NCBI RefSeq assembly: GCF_964204645.1
Contig: NC_134026.1
Location: 16,092,150 to 16,156,149, forward strand
Source of the DNA: Tubulanus polymorphus
Taxonomy: Eukaryota > Animalia > Nemertea
Length of the DNA: 64,000 nucleotides
Direction: 5' to 3'
Position 1 is the first letter of the stretch, and every line of letters starts with the position of its first letter. Below the pieces are notes generated by a model, which saw only the letters and a program-made list of their open reading frames with translations, was not told the DNA's origin and did no database searches. A program made the position numbers and the translations under genes. Shown one piece after another: positions 14,701 to 26,131 of this stretch.

Positions 14701-15961
14701 GTCTTTATTTTATCATAAAATATCCGAATTTTCCCATTTACAATTTCGCTCCACAACGAAATCGAGATGCAACTTTCCTTAAACACAACTTCAACCCACG
14801 TCTTCTGATACGTATGGTTGACAATATTATATATATTTATGTAAGATTAATAAGAGAATAAACGATAGTAAATAGCGGGCGAATGGGCATTCGAGCTAAT
14901 ATAAAATTCCGAAGCACATTTTGAAATCAAGCATGTGTTTCTATAGTTAACATAGCTAAAGATATAGCCACAAGGCAGCAATAACGGGTTGTGGCTTCAT
15001 ATTCTAACTGAAGGGAATTTGATAGAAATCAAGAAAATAATTCAACGTCGAGAATTCAAAAGGTAAGATCATAACTTGTATCCATATTGATGCCCAAGCG
15101 GTTAACGTTTCCTCATATCCACCCTGTTTTCACTCATAAATTACGTAACAAAGTTGTTGGTCTACGCCCGATATTCTACGGCATTTGTACTCGAGCTCAT
15201 AACATTGTTGGTCCGTAGACCTGCGACATGCCGGTGGGTGATATTGAATAAGTTCCGACGACCTCTATGCTTGTGAATAATTTATAACGCTAAGGTTGAA
15301 TTTGGTTTAAGTAATAATTGTATCAAATGACTTGTTTCTTTAACGTATGTTTACTCGGAGCCATCCTTCCTTCGACTCACAAATGACAGCACAAAAACGC
15401 TCGGGATAAAATATACAATACCATATGCACAATCCGAGCTTAGAAGTAAGTTTACGTTTAATATGAAGGACCGATGGTCCAGTGGCTCACCATAACAGCG
15501 TGAAGTAAAAATGTGAGGCTGTAGCCAAAAAATCATTTGATTGAAAATCAAACAAGAAAAAATTAACTTGATTCTTGTCAGTGTCAACTTTGATGAAACT
15601 GACTTATATCAGAAGGATAGTTCTCGAATGACATTTTGAAAGATTGATTATGGGAACTTAAGAATAAAGAATTGTTTATAATTTCAATAGATCCTGAGGG
15701 AGAATGACACAAAATAACTAAAACTTGCAGAAACAGCTCACGATTTGTGACCCGGTACAATACGGTACGTCTCATCGGAGGTTTTTCATTAAGCATACGG
15801 ACGATAAGAAATCAGGAACTCCAAGTTCTACAAGTCTTAAATCCAGGGCCGGTAACTGACGAATCCTAAGTTTATCGTCTGACGTGCCTTTTAATAGTTT
15901 CACAGTAGGATATTTTTAAAGAAGGCCTTAAGTTAGCTTAGAAAATGTGACTTATGCTAAC

Positions 15962-16568
15962 GTCTATTTATTTCGGATTGTCAACGATCTTTTTGGGATA
16001 TTTCGCTTAATTTTTGGTGTGCATACCTCAAATAGGTCTTAATCGAATCAGCAGTGTTGTTCAGTCCAGATAAATCATCGTTTTTATATCCATTTTACAC
16101 TGTTTTGAAGGATTAATGAATATTCTCGAAAATTGAGCTTTAAATCGGCGAGAAAGACCGCCATTTTGTTCGTATTTGTTTATTTCTTTATGCAAATGAG
16201 CTATTGCACACGTGCGCAATGAGGCGAGGATGCCTCAATTATATCATGGATGAAGCAGCTTCTTGTCGCCAAGAGTCAATAAACGACTCACAATATTACC
16301 CTAAAGCTGTTTAGTAAATAAACAGGGCTTTGTCAAAGCTATCAAAACAAGGCGTATTGGCAATAATTTAGGCCTACGATAGCGCAACCACATTGCGGCC
16401 GTGCCCGCGCAGTGAAACACGTGCGAGCAATGTACTCTCCCCATAAAAGATAAACTTACCCAGATCACATGGTACACACTGCTCATTAGCATAAAGAAGT
16501 AATCAAACTGGAACAAAATGGCGGTCTTTCTTGCCGATTCAAAGCTCAGTTTTCGAGAATATTCATCA
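15962..16568. mobile_element. Long-TIR non-autonomous DNA element, copy A
   Basis: Internal inverted repeats (gaatattctcgaaaattgagctttaaatcggc...gccgattcaaagctcagttttcgagaatattc); homologous to 24148-24760. Confidence 0.7.
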
Positions 16569-16574
16569 TATATA

Positions 16575-16730
16575 TAATCAGGTTTCTGATTGCCGATTGC
16601 CAATTGTCGACTCGAGAAATGGTCGACAATCAGGTTTCTATTTGCCGATTGCCGACCCGAGAAATGGTCGACAATCAGGTTCTGATTGCCGATTGCCGAC
16701 CCGAGAAATGGTCGACAATCAGGTTTCTGG
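16575..16730. repeat. 44-45 bp minisatellite (~3.5 units)
   Basis: Unit gattgccgattgccgacccgagaaatggtcgacaatcaggtttct; cgagaaat recurs at 16613, 16658 and 16702. Confidence 0.85.
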
Positions 16731-17424
16731 CGGCAATTTGAAACCGAACCACTCCCCTCATTTAAGAAAACCCTGCACGATGGAACTATTTTGACCTATT
16801 CTGGAGTTGCACCGGGTCGAGTCCCGGAGAATAACGCGCGCGCGCCGTCCGCGTGTTACAAAATGACCGACCCGCTCCACACAAGTACTGAATAATTAAC
16901 TCGCCAAAAATTTTCCAATCCCTGGGAGTAAAATGCCGTGCGTTTTTTAACATATCTTATCTTGATGTGTCTTTCACTCCCGTTTTTCAAACGTTATACC
17001 CCTTTTCCGTTTCGAGTAAAATTCGTATACGTTATAATCCGTATTTAAAATACCGTTGTTCCATCAATTCCGTACCCATGCAACCCGTTGTAATACTTAG
17101 GAACAAATCTTTAGTGTAAAACACATACAACTATTGAAGCCATGCGATTTAATGTAGAAATCTGACGTTTTTTAACTACAGAAAAATTAATTTTCGTGTA
17201 ATCGATAAAACAATAGGATCTCAATATGTAATCAACATTCCCAAACTCTCTCGTTGTTTTTTCGCAGAAAATGATTTTTTTTCTTTTTTAATCACGGGTC
17301 CCTTAATTCGCTCGAAGATCTATCATATCTTGGGTGATTTTCTTTGGTCACGCCACCGGGTGCCTTCCTTCACAAAACCTACATTTTTTACAATATAGAA
17401 CTTGGGAACAAATTTCTTGTGTAA

Positions 17425-17535
<111 letters not shown>

Positions 17536-18659
17536 TTTTGTTGAATTCTATATGAGTTGGGAAGGGCACTCGCCTCTATTTATTCATTAAAACTTAAGAC
17601 TGGCTGTGCGCTTCACCAAGTTTCGACTTCGACATATTAAGCGCACAGAGAGCGCCGAAGGCGCGAGCTGGAATCTCCTTACGTTAATCGCGCGTAATTA
17701 GGCAAAATCAAATTATCTGTATTTCTCCATACCGTCCATCTCAAAAAGTGTAGTTTACATCCGGGACACATGGGCGTTGGCTAAATCGCGGCAACGAAAA
17801 TGACGGTCACGGACGGACTTTCGTCGAAACTTGCGGGCCGCGTCGCGCGGGTAGTTCAAATACGTGAATGAAGGATAACAAAATGATCAATTATGAAACA
17901 GTTTTCGCCCCACGATCCAATGAATTGTGAGTGTTCCATATTAATACGTGTGCTTAAGAACTGTACAGGGACCGGTACAGGGACCGGTCTCTGCTCGACT
18001 CGACTAATTAAAGATTTCGTTTCTTTTACAGCAACAGTAGGATAGCGCGTATTAGTGAGTTCTACGTGTACACACTGCGGCCGGCAACAGAATGGCAACT
18101 GTAGAATAAAATAAACTTTAGTTAAACCTAACCAATTATTGTTTAATAAACTTAAATTTTAAGTACACTGTATGTAAATTGTAAGTCATCGGGCAACCAG
18201 TTATCGTTCGTCTTTTAGATTTCGTTTCCATATTTTTCAATGTCCGTTAGTATTCGTTTGCACACATCTCCATTAGACAAACCGTATTGGGTCAAGTCCA
18301 GACATTTAGGATTGTAAACATTGTCGACGAGTAATCATTGACTTAACGTGCTAACCCTTCAGTCCAATATTCGCGGATTAATTTGAAATACCATACCAGT
18401 CTGATGTGATTAGTCTCTACTGGAACTATTTAATATTGCATACACTCATTTTTCTACTGACAAACCGACATACCTACAAATTGGTATATAACAAAATAAA
18501 TTTTTTCAAATGTCGATTGGAAATTCATAATAAGGCACCCATAACTACAAGTTGTTATCAATAGATGGCAGCCAATTGAGTTAGATTGCATATATCGGTG
18601 GTTAATGTGTATCTTTGGGTTTTCACACGTCTTGATTGATCAGTTGATTTTCACAAACA

Positions 18660-18990
18660 TGATTATAGACATTGTCGACGAGTAAAATCGGTCGACAATC
18701 GGGGTTGTAGACATAGTCGATGAGTAGAATCGGTCGACAATCGGGGTTGTAGAAATTGTCGACGTGTAGAATCGGACGACAATCAGGGTTGTAGACATTG
18801 TCGACGAGTATAATTGGTCGACAATCAGATTGTAGACATTGTCGACGAGTACAATTGGTCGACAATCAGATTGTAGACATAGTCAACGAGTACAATTGGT
18901 CGACAATCAGATTGTAGACATTGTCGACGAGTAGAACCGGCCGACATTTAGGATTGTAGACATTGTCGACGAGTAAAATCGGTCGACCAT
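18660..18990. repeat. 41-42 bp minisatellite (~8 units)
   Basis: Unit gattgtagacattgtcgacgagtagaatcggtcgacaatca(g); an extra partial unit lies at ~18305-18335. Confidence 0.9.
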
Positions 18991-19877
18991 TAGAATCAGT
19001 CGAATATAGTCCAGGTGGATTAATTTCAAACACCAGTCCGATGTGATTAGATTCTGCGCAGATCTACTTTTACCTGTTCTGGAGTTGAGCCCATAACGCT
19101 ATAATCCGTATTTCAGAGCCGTGGAAGGAATTTTTCAGTGGCGAGGCTTATTTCTGAAGGGTGGTCTGGGGGTCCTCCCCTAGAAAAATTTGAAAATTCA
19201 ATCGGCGGAGATGCGTTTTGGGGCCATTTCACGGTCTCATTCACAGAAGCATGAGAAGTCGTGAGCCAACCACCTAGTACAGAGAACGACGAGCTGCTAC
19301 GAAAAAATTTTTGTTAAGCAAAAAAGTGGGGCCTTCGGAAATGAAAATTAAATGCCGGGGATTCGAACCAGACATAACTGGAGAAAATAAAGGCGCCACT
19401 GAAGCGAACAGGTGTAGAGATGGTTTGGTTATTTTCGGAGCATTCCTCTTTTTGACGTGTTAACGGGTAAATGTGCATTCAATCTCAATTTCAATTTATT
19501 TCATAAGAAAGCATGTTATAAGAATATTTACAAACAGAACAAATATGAAATTAAGAAGGCTTTGTTATGAAGGCCAAGGAAAAGCCAAAAGGTCGCTATA
19601 GCAAGCTTGAAAAGCTAAAAAGAAGAATAGAAAATGCGATGAAAAATAATGAAGAGGAGATACGCAAAGAGAGTGATTTAGGAACAATTTTAACAGTTGG
19701 GGTTATCGCAGAGATGGGAATTAGAGTAGCTGGAGGTGAGAATGTATTTTGTTTTGCGTCTATGATTACATTGACTGGTTGCAAATGAATTGCTTGGGGG
19801 TTGTAGATTTTGCCAAATTTCTATTTGAGATTCTTAGAAATATTAGATTTAGAGTCGATGTCGGGTACATTTTGTTT

Positions 19878-20810
19878 GGGTACTTCTAAAGTACGAAACT
19901 ACGAAATTAAGAAATATGCAACGAAATTACGAAATGCAAAACGAAATTAAGAAATGCTAAAGTACCTAACGAAATACTATACGAAATGCTAAACTATGAA
20001 ACGAAATGGTCATTTTTTCGCGGGTCCTTCTAAAGTATAAAATGAAATACGAAACGAAAATTTTGTAATTTTTTGCGCTATAGCAGCGGATTCGTGGAGC
20101 TGGCTTAAACATGCGCACCCGGTCTAGTGTGGCAGGGTTCCGTGCCGCGACTGAGTTTAGCGATGCCATCAGGGAGAATGATCTGCGCATGCTCATATAC
20201 AAATGGAAGGTAGCGATTAATAAATTACGGGTTAGAGAACGAAGTGTGCCTTAAAATATATCCTGCAGTGTTTAGGCTAAAAAATTGATACCTCGTTTCT
20301 CCTCTGCTGAGGAGCTTAAAAGTCTGGATTCTGCAAGGGATGCGGATTCGAAAAGAAAATTCACGGCCGGAATTTTTTTCAAATTGCTCGTCACTACGCT
20401 GTTAAGTGGTAAAAGATCGTCATGTAGTCCATGTGTAGGGCCTATCATTTCACTATGCTTTACCGCGTCTGAGTTCGTGGAAATGGCGCAGCGTATTCAT
20501 TATTTGTTTTTGAGAACATCCTACAAGTTTCTACTAATTGTAGACGTTCTTAAAACCCTCCAGTTTAAGAAAATAAATTCTTGAATATGGTACTTTCAAA
20601 AGATCATTTACATGCATCGCCGAGATTTTTACAGTCCCGTAGCGTTATAACGAGCTTTGACCATAGTATGGGCGTGTGTTTGAAATGTGACCATTTCGTT
20701 TCGTATTTCGGTTCGTATTTCAGCACTACTGGCAAAAAAATTTCCATTTCGTATTTCGTAATTTCGCTCCATATTTCGTAATTTCGTAGTTTCGTACTTT
20801 AGCAGGACCC
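19878..20810. mobile_element. Non-autonomous TIR DNA transposon with acgaaat subterminal repeats
   Basis: TIRs gggtacttctaaagtacgaaactacgaaatta / taatttcgtagtttcgtactttagcaggaccc; flanking repeat (A)TTTTGTT on both sides (7-9 bp TSD, ambiguous). Confidence 0.75.
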
Positions 20811-21014
20811 ATTTTGTTATGATAGTGATGAATAAGTGTGATCAAGCTGGATGTGTCTTTGTGAAGTTGAACGTGTACTTAGGAATACAGGAGTTAGGTA
20901 TGCAGGAGTACTGTAGTCGCTCAAACAACCGTTAGAGGAACCGTTAGCTAACGACTGTTTAGGAACTTTAACGAGTCGTTAAAGTTCCTTAACCAGTCGT
21001 TAGTTGATTCCAAG

Positions 21015-21469
21015 ATGGCTACCGCTTCAAACTTAAGTGAGAATGCTCCCAATAATATGTGCTTTAAAAGGACTAATTTCTCATCACAAGAGATCACACT
21101 ATTGTGCAATTTGGTTGAAGAAAATTATCACACCATTCACAGTGGCTTTAATAACAAATAAGACCACAAAAAGAAGATCAAAATATGGAAAGAAATCAGC
21201 AGTAAGGTATCAGCGTTGGGTGTGGAGGTGAGGTCAGTGGAGGAAGTTAGAGAGAAGTGGCGACAGTTAAATACAAACGCTAAGCTGGAGAAATCGGGAT
21301 ACAAATTAATAGGGCATCAAGAAAACTGGTGGACGTCCCCCACCACAAGAAATCTCGGAAATTAGCCAAGCAATCTTGAAGATCCAAGATGGAAACCCTT
21401 CTTTCACTGGGATTGAAGGAACAATTAATTTAGACTCTTTTCAACTTGAAGATGGTATCAATGATGAGA
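21015..21469 (+). pseudogene. Harbinger Myb/SANT-like (trihelix) DNA-binding protein, frameshifted
   Basis: Fragments KIWKEISSKVSALGVEVRSVEEVREKWRQL...ETGGRPPPQEISEISQAIL...GNPSFTGIEG. Confidence 0.75.
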
Positions 21470-21806
21470 GTATGTATATTTTCAATTCAACAAGAGAATT
21501 TTGATTTCTAAACGATGTATTGCATTCAGACCATAAACATGATTTTTCGGTTCGGTTAGTTGAACCGTCTGCTTTTGTTTACATTTGGTGGGATTCCTTA
21601 CAAATGATGTCATAGGTCAGGGTCAAACTAATGAATACTTAATGAGATTAGATCCCGTAGAGTAGTCCTTGAATTGGAGCTTAATCCCACCATGTCAACA
21701 CTGTTTACAATACGGGTCACCTTATTCAAATACATTTTCATCCCGGTGCAGTGTTAAAACTCTTGGGAGGAATATTCAAAATGCAGTTAGGCCTTGTTGA
21801 ACTATA

Positions 21807-22594
21807 CGGGATATCGACAAATTCAAGTTCTCGAATTACTCGTTTGATGGCGCTAGTCAGAACCGGAAATTGGAACCTATATCCGCCATGCTCTAGTTCA
21901 TTTGCAATGAAAATTTCTCGCTTCAAGTTTTCAATGAGCGATATTTTTACTTACTATATATCGTCACGCATAATGATCCTTTAAATGTGATATCCTACCA
22001 CTACGTTGGATATGATAAAATCTCACTGCAAAGGCTAGAAATCACTATAAATGTCCTACAATTATCAAAAAACATTTTGCAACGGCTGACGATGCAAAGA
22101 CTGGTTGCCAAGTGTCACATGGTGGCAGCACTTGACGGCCCAATTTTGATTGTTGGTTCTGGTACTTTTCATATTTTTATTATGAATCTACGAGTTTAGT
22201 CCTTCTAAAATCAATTTTATTTCATAATATTATTTAATATTTATCAGTGTAGCCTGCAATAAATTTAGTGATGACACCCGGCACCAGTCATTACTTCCGT
22301 TAGCTGCTTCGAGCGTCATCGCTAAATTTGTTATTTTTGGTAGTTTTTTTAAATTTCTAGTAATCTTTAGCGTTCAAAGTTGGGTTTTATCGAATTCAAC
22401 ACATTGTCAGGATATCATACTTAGAGGATAATGCGTACCGTTGTATAGTAAGTAAAATATCGCTAACTAAAAACTTGAAGCGAGAGATTTTTATTGCAAA
22501 TGAACTAGAACATGGCGGATTTAGGTTCCAATTTCCGGTTCTGACTAGCACCATCAAACGAGTAATTCAAGAACTTGAATTTGTCGATATCCCG
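21807..22594. mobile_element. MITE with ~155-bp TIRs and TA target site, nested in the Harbinger
   Basis: TA|cgggatatcgacaaattcaagttc... and ...gaacttgaatttgtcgatatcccg|TA. Confidence 0.85.
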
Positions 22595-22976
22595 TATTGA
22601 AGTATTTCATCGCCCGTGTATACCAGGCTACATCGCTCCACAAAAAGCTCTAAACCTGGAAAGCTAATTACCAGTACCGAAAGTTTGGAACATGAGGCCA
22701 ACCGACGGGTTCGGGCCGCCATCGGCGGGTCGGATGGTTCATCTTATCGCCCTTTACCACATGGCCTATTTCGGAAAAGCTCAATTGTTTTCAGAAATCC
22801 CCTTGACCTGGCTGGTCATCTTATTTTCTTGTATTTTTTCTCATTAGAAATTTCATTTAAGACTGGGTAGGCCTACTAGTCGCGTTTTACAGACCCAAGA
22901 GGAGGAAATAATCAAACTTTTACAGTTTCAGCTGAAGGCACCAGTAAGTTTTCCCACATATTAATTACGGGTACTA

Positions 22977-23514
22977 TCACATATTCCTTGCACATTCAAA
23001 CTGTGGAAATTTTTTCTGTTCACATATGTTCATTTGGGCCTCCGTGACTGGAGATTCGAACATGTGTGCAATCAACCACTCTGATGACTCTGGGAAACCC
23101 AGCCATCTGGTAAAATCCATCCCTCGACTTTTCTTCTCTTCCTCAGTCATTGGCCAACGAATAAATCTAGACATTATCTCCTGACTTAGTTCACAAAATT
23201 GGTGAATACATCTAGATACTGTCGACTTGTGAACTTTAAATGTATCTCCGATCACCGCCATAAATGCCCCACTCGCTAGAAAGCGCAGCGATATTAAGAC
23301 GATTTTCTTGGGCACTCAGTGCTTGATTTCTTTTTGTTTCCCTTTGCAAGCCATCTTCAATTAACGCCGTTATATATTCGATTCCCTGTCTGCCGAATCG
23401 ATATTTTTTTCGCAGTTCCTCATCTGCCAGCTCAAGCTCGAGTATAGGTAGCCATTGTCTACGATTCAAAACTAAATTATCATAATGTTCACCCAAAAAA
23501 AGTTGTCGCGCCAT
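22977..23514 (-). pseudogene. HARBI1-like Harbinger transposase, 5' part, frameshifted and truncated
   Basis: ELRKKYRFGRQGIEYI...LRFLASGAFMAVIGDTFKVHKSTVSRCIHQF...FIRWP, followed by a frameshifted GFP..DCTH-like region. Confidence 0.85.
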
Positions 23515-24147
23515 TTTCTACTGAAGTTAACGGTCACGTTAAGCAGTTAACGTGGCTACAGGAGGTTGTTTAAATTTAACGACTGGTTAAGGATATTTAA
23601 CGACACGATAACTTTTGAGCAACCGAACTTATCGTGTCGTTAAGAAATAACGACACGATAAGTGATTTAACGACACGTTAGGAGTTAACCAACTTTTGAG
23701 CAAGCGGCCCCATGTGTTTGATATGCGTATACCGGTGTGTATCTATTTTGGGTTGGCACAATACCTGCACTTCAAACCGGCCTATGACTACTTCTGTATG
23801 ATTGTGTTTAAGTGGGTTCAATTCTAACTTGAATAGATTAATTTGCAAATAACCTCACAGCATAATTTTGATTTTGAAACGTGAAATGACCAATGAATGA
23901 AATAATATTCATTATTCAGTGGTAACTGTAGAGAGTTGACAACTTCTAACAACGCGCACCCACGAAAAACAGGAATGGTCTTCGCCCAGAAAAGTTTGAA
24001 AATGTACTGCTTTTTGACCCAAGCATTAAATTAAGTCCTGGCGACGACTGGGTGTGGGTAAATATTTCTTAAGGGGGCAAATTGGTGTCCCGGGGTTTTT
24101 GTCAGCCAGGAATTGCACCTTGGTGACGATATTGAAAAGGGGCTTAA

Positions 24148-24760
24148 GTCTATCTATTTCAGATTGTCCACGATCTTTTTGGGATATTTCGCTTAATTTT
24201 GGGTGTGCATACCTCAAATAGGTCTTAATCAGTAGGACTTAATCTCGAATCAGTAGGGTTGTGCAGTCCAGACAAATCATCGTTTTTATATACATTTTGT
24301 ACCGAGTTGAAGGATTGATGAATATTCTCGAAAATTGAGCTTTAAATCGGCAAGGGAGACCGTCATTTTGTTCCAGTTTGTTTACTTCTTTATGCAAATG
24401 AGCAGTGTGTATCATGTGATCTGGGTAAGTTTATTTTTTTTATGGGGAGAGTACGTTGCTCGCACGTTTCACTACGCGGGTACGGCCGCAATGGTTGCGC
24501 TATTATAGGCCTAAATCATTTCCAAACCGCATTGTTTTGATAGCTTTGACAAAGCCATGTTTATTTACTAAAACAGCTTTCTAGGGTAATATTGTGAGTC
24601 GTTGATTGGTCTTTTGGCGACAAGAAGCTGCTTCATCCCCCATGATATACTTGACGCATCCCCACCTCATTGCGCATGTGAACAATGCCTCATTTGCATA
24701 AAGAGATAAGCAAAAACGAACAAAATGGCGGTCTTTCTCGCCGATTTAAAGCTCAATTTT
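24148..24760. mobile_element. Long-TIR non-autonomous DNA element, copy B (core inverted relative to copy A)
   Basis: First ~240 bp match 15962-16200 directly, while the core (24390-24700) is the reverse complement of 16200-16500. Confidence 0.7.
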
Positions 24761-25366
24761 CATATTTTCAATTTTCATAGTCATATTGCGATGAACTGCT
24801 GCGCTGTTGTCAAACATCAACTCAGTTATTTTCAGATATGTTGTTTATTAAACTTCTTTGATATGGGTATAAGGTTCAAGGGCCCCACGCATATTCTACC
24901 TGAGACGCGTCAACGTGTATTATCTTTTCTCTGATTAATCTATTCGCACAATCGAAGCGTTGGAGTATAGAAGCGTCGGAGAATCGGGTATGCCACGTAT
25001 CGACTTATACACTTTAACATATTTTACGTTCTGGCCGGTGTGTATTCAGAAAAAGTTACAATACGGGATCAGTGCGTTGGCAGCGCGTTTGATAACTACT
25101 GCCAATGGCCGATGCTGCGATTTAAAAATTCAGCCATCCTATTTCTGATGTCACACACAAACGATAAACGTTCTCTCCATTACGGCATTATAGTCAATAA
25201 GTGCGCCAATCCGTGTTTTTCTAATAAGTAACCGGTTTTGATACACCTGCTGTAAATATACACAAAATCTGACCTTTGCTTATGGATTGTCATTTTTCTC
25301 TCGGCGTTTGGCAATAGCGCTGGAAAAAGTTACGATGTAACCACTAATAAACTCTTGGCGATTTAC

Positions 25367-25509
25367 CTCTTTGGTGGGCTCCTGATTAATAACTGATGCT
25401 CGTTTACCAGCGCGAGGACAGGTTCTGATAACACACGCGTTCGTTCCAAGAAGTAATAAATGTGTTGTCAACACGACCGTGATTAGAATAGTGATTCGAC
25501 AGATGTCCC
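25367..25509 (-). CDS. Oxytocin/vasopressin-family precursor, signal peptide plus nonapeptide exon (CVIRTCPRA-GKR)
   Basis: Acceptor tttccag| and donor gag|gtaaat. Encodes xDICRITILITVVLTTHLLLLGTNA-CVIRTCPRA-GKR-ASVINQEPTKE and ends in phase 0, joining the neurophysin exon across a 13.6-kb intron. It has no ATG, so an upstream phase-1 exon is required. Confidence 0.9.
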
Positions 25510-26038
25510 CTGGAAATAGAAATAAAAATAAACACGTGTATCTTTTTCAGTGAATTCAATTCCACAGCATTTGAATAATATACCTTTCTTTTGATAAAGA
25601 GATTTGAGTGTCCAAGTACACAAATCAAATCAACCTCTTGGTTGCTAAAATGTTTCGTATGATACGGTACCAAAACAATTTCATAGGGTAAAGAACCGTG
25701 TTAAATACATTAGGAAATCAAACACTGAACCAGCAGAATACCAGCGCCGCGCCCGAATCCAATGTCCCAGATAGACTTTGTTTGAAGGGGATTGGGATCC
25801 ACACCCAAAATATGTAATAAGATTAAAATCCACTTTATTCGAATTTAAAAGAAAAGAAATAAAATCTATTCACCCAGAATTAAAATCAAGATCTAGAAGG
25901 TACGACAGTTTGGGATTCTCTCTAGAATTTATCGATGTTGACGATGGCTCCGAGACGCACTTTTCGTAAGTTAAGTTTCGACAACGTCGAGCTTTTCACC
26001 CGTAAACTCTCGAAGTTTTACTGGGAATAGTTTATCCT

Positions 26039-26131
26039 AGTATTAGGAAAATGGCGCTTTCAGGTCAGAGGTCGAGAGGTCGAGACACCACTCATCACCA
26101 CAAGTAATTTGTTTTCCTAATAAATGGGAGA
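26039..26131 (+). repeat. Polinton left terminal inverted repeat (93 bp)
   Basis: Reverse complement of 48619-48711 with 3 mismatches; includes the PolB ATG. Confidence 0.95.

Larger units (their letters stand above)
20914..23711. mobile_element. Degenerate PIF/Harbinger transposon (Myb/SANT gene plus HARBI1-like transposase, convergent)
   Basis: Right end ...aacttttgagcaagcggcccc with ttaacgac subterminal repeats; left end eroded; two-gene layout typical of Harbingers. Confidence 0.85.

Noticed and set aside
18660-18990. CRISPR-like array
   Set aside because: Units are tandem with no unique spacers, there are no cas genes, and the context is eukaryotic.
25584-25690. Nearby candidates for the neuropeptide initiator exon (ATGAAATTGTTTTG|GT; AAG|GTATAT)
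   Set aside because: The first is phase 2 where phase 1 is needed; the second has an in-frame stop and no ATG.
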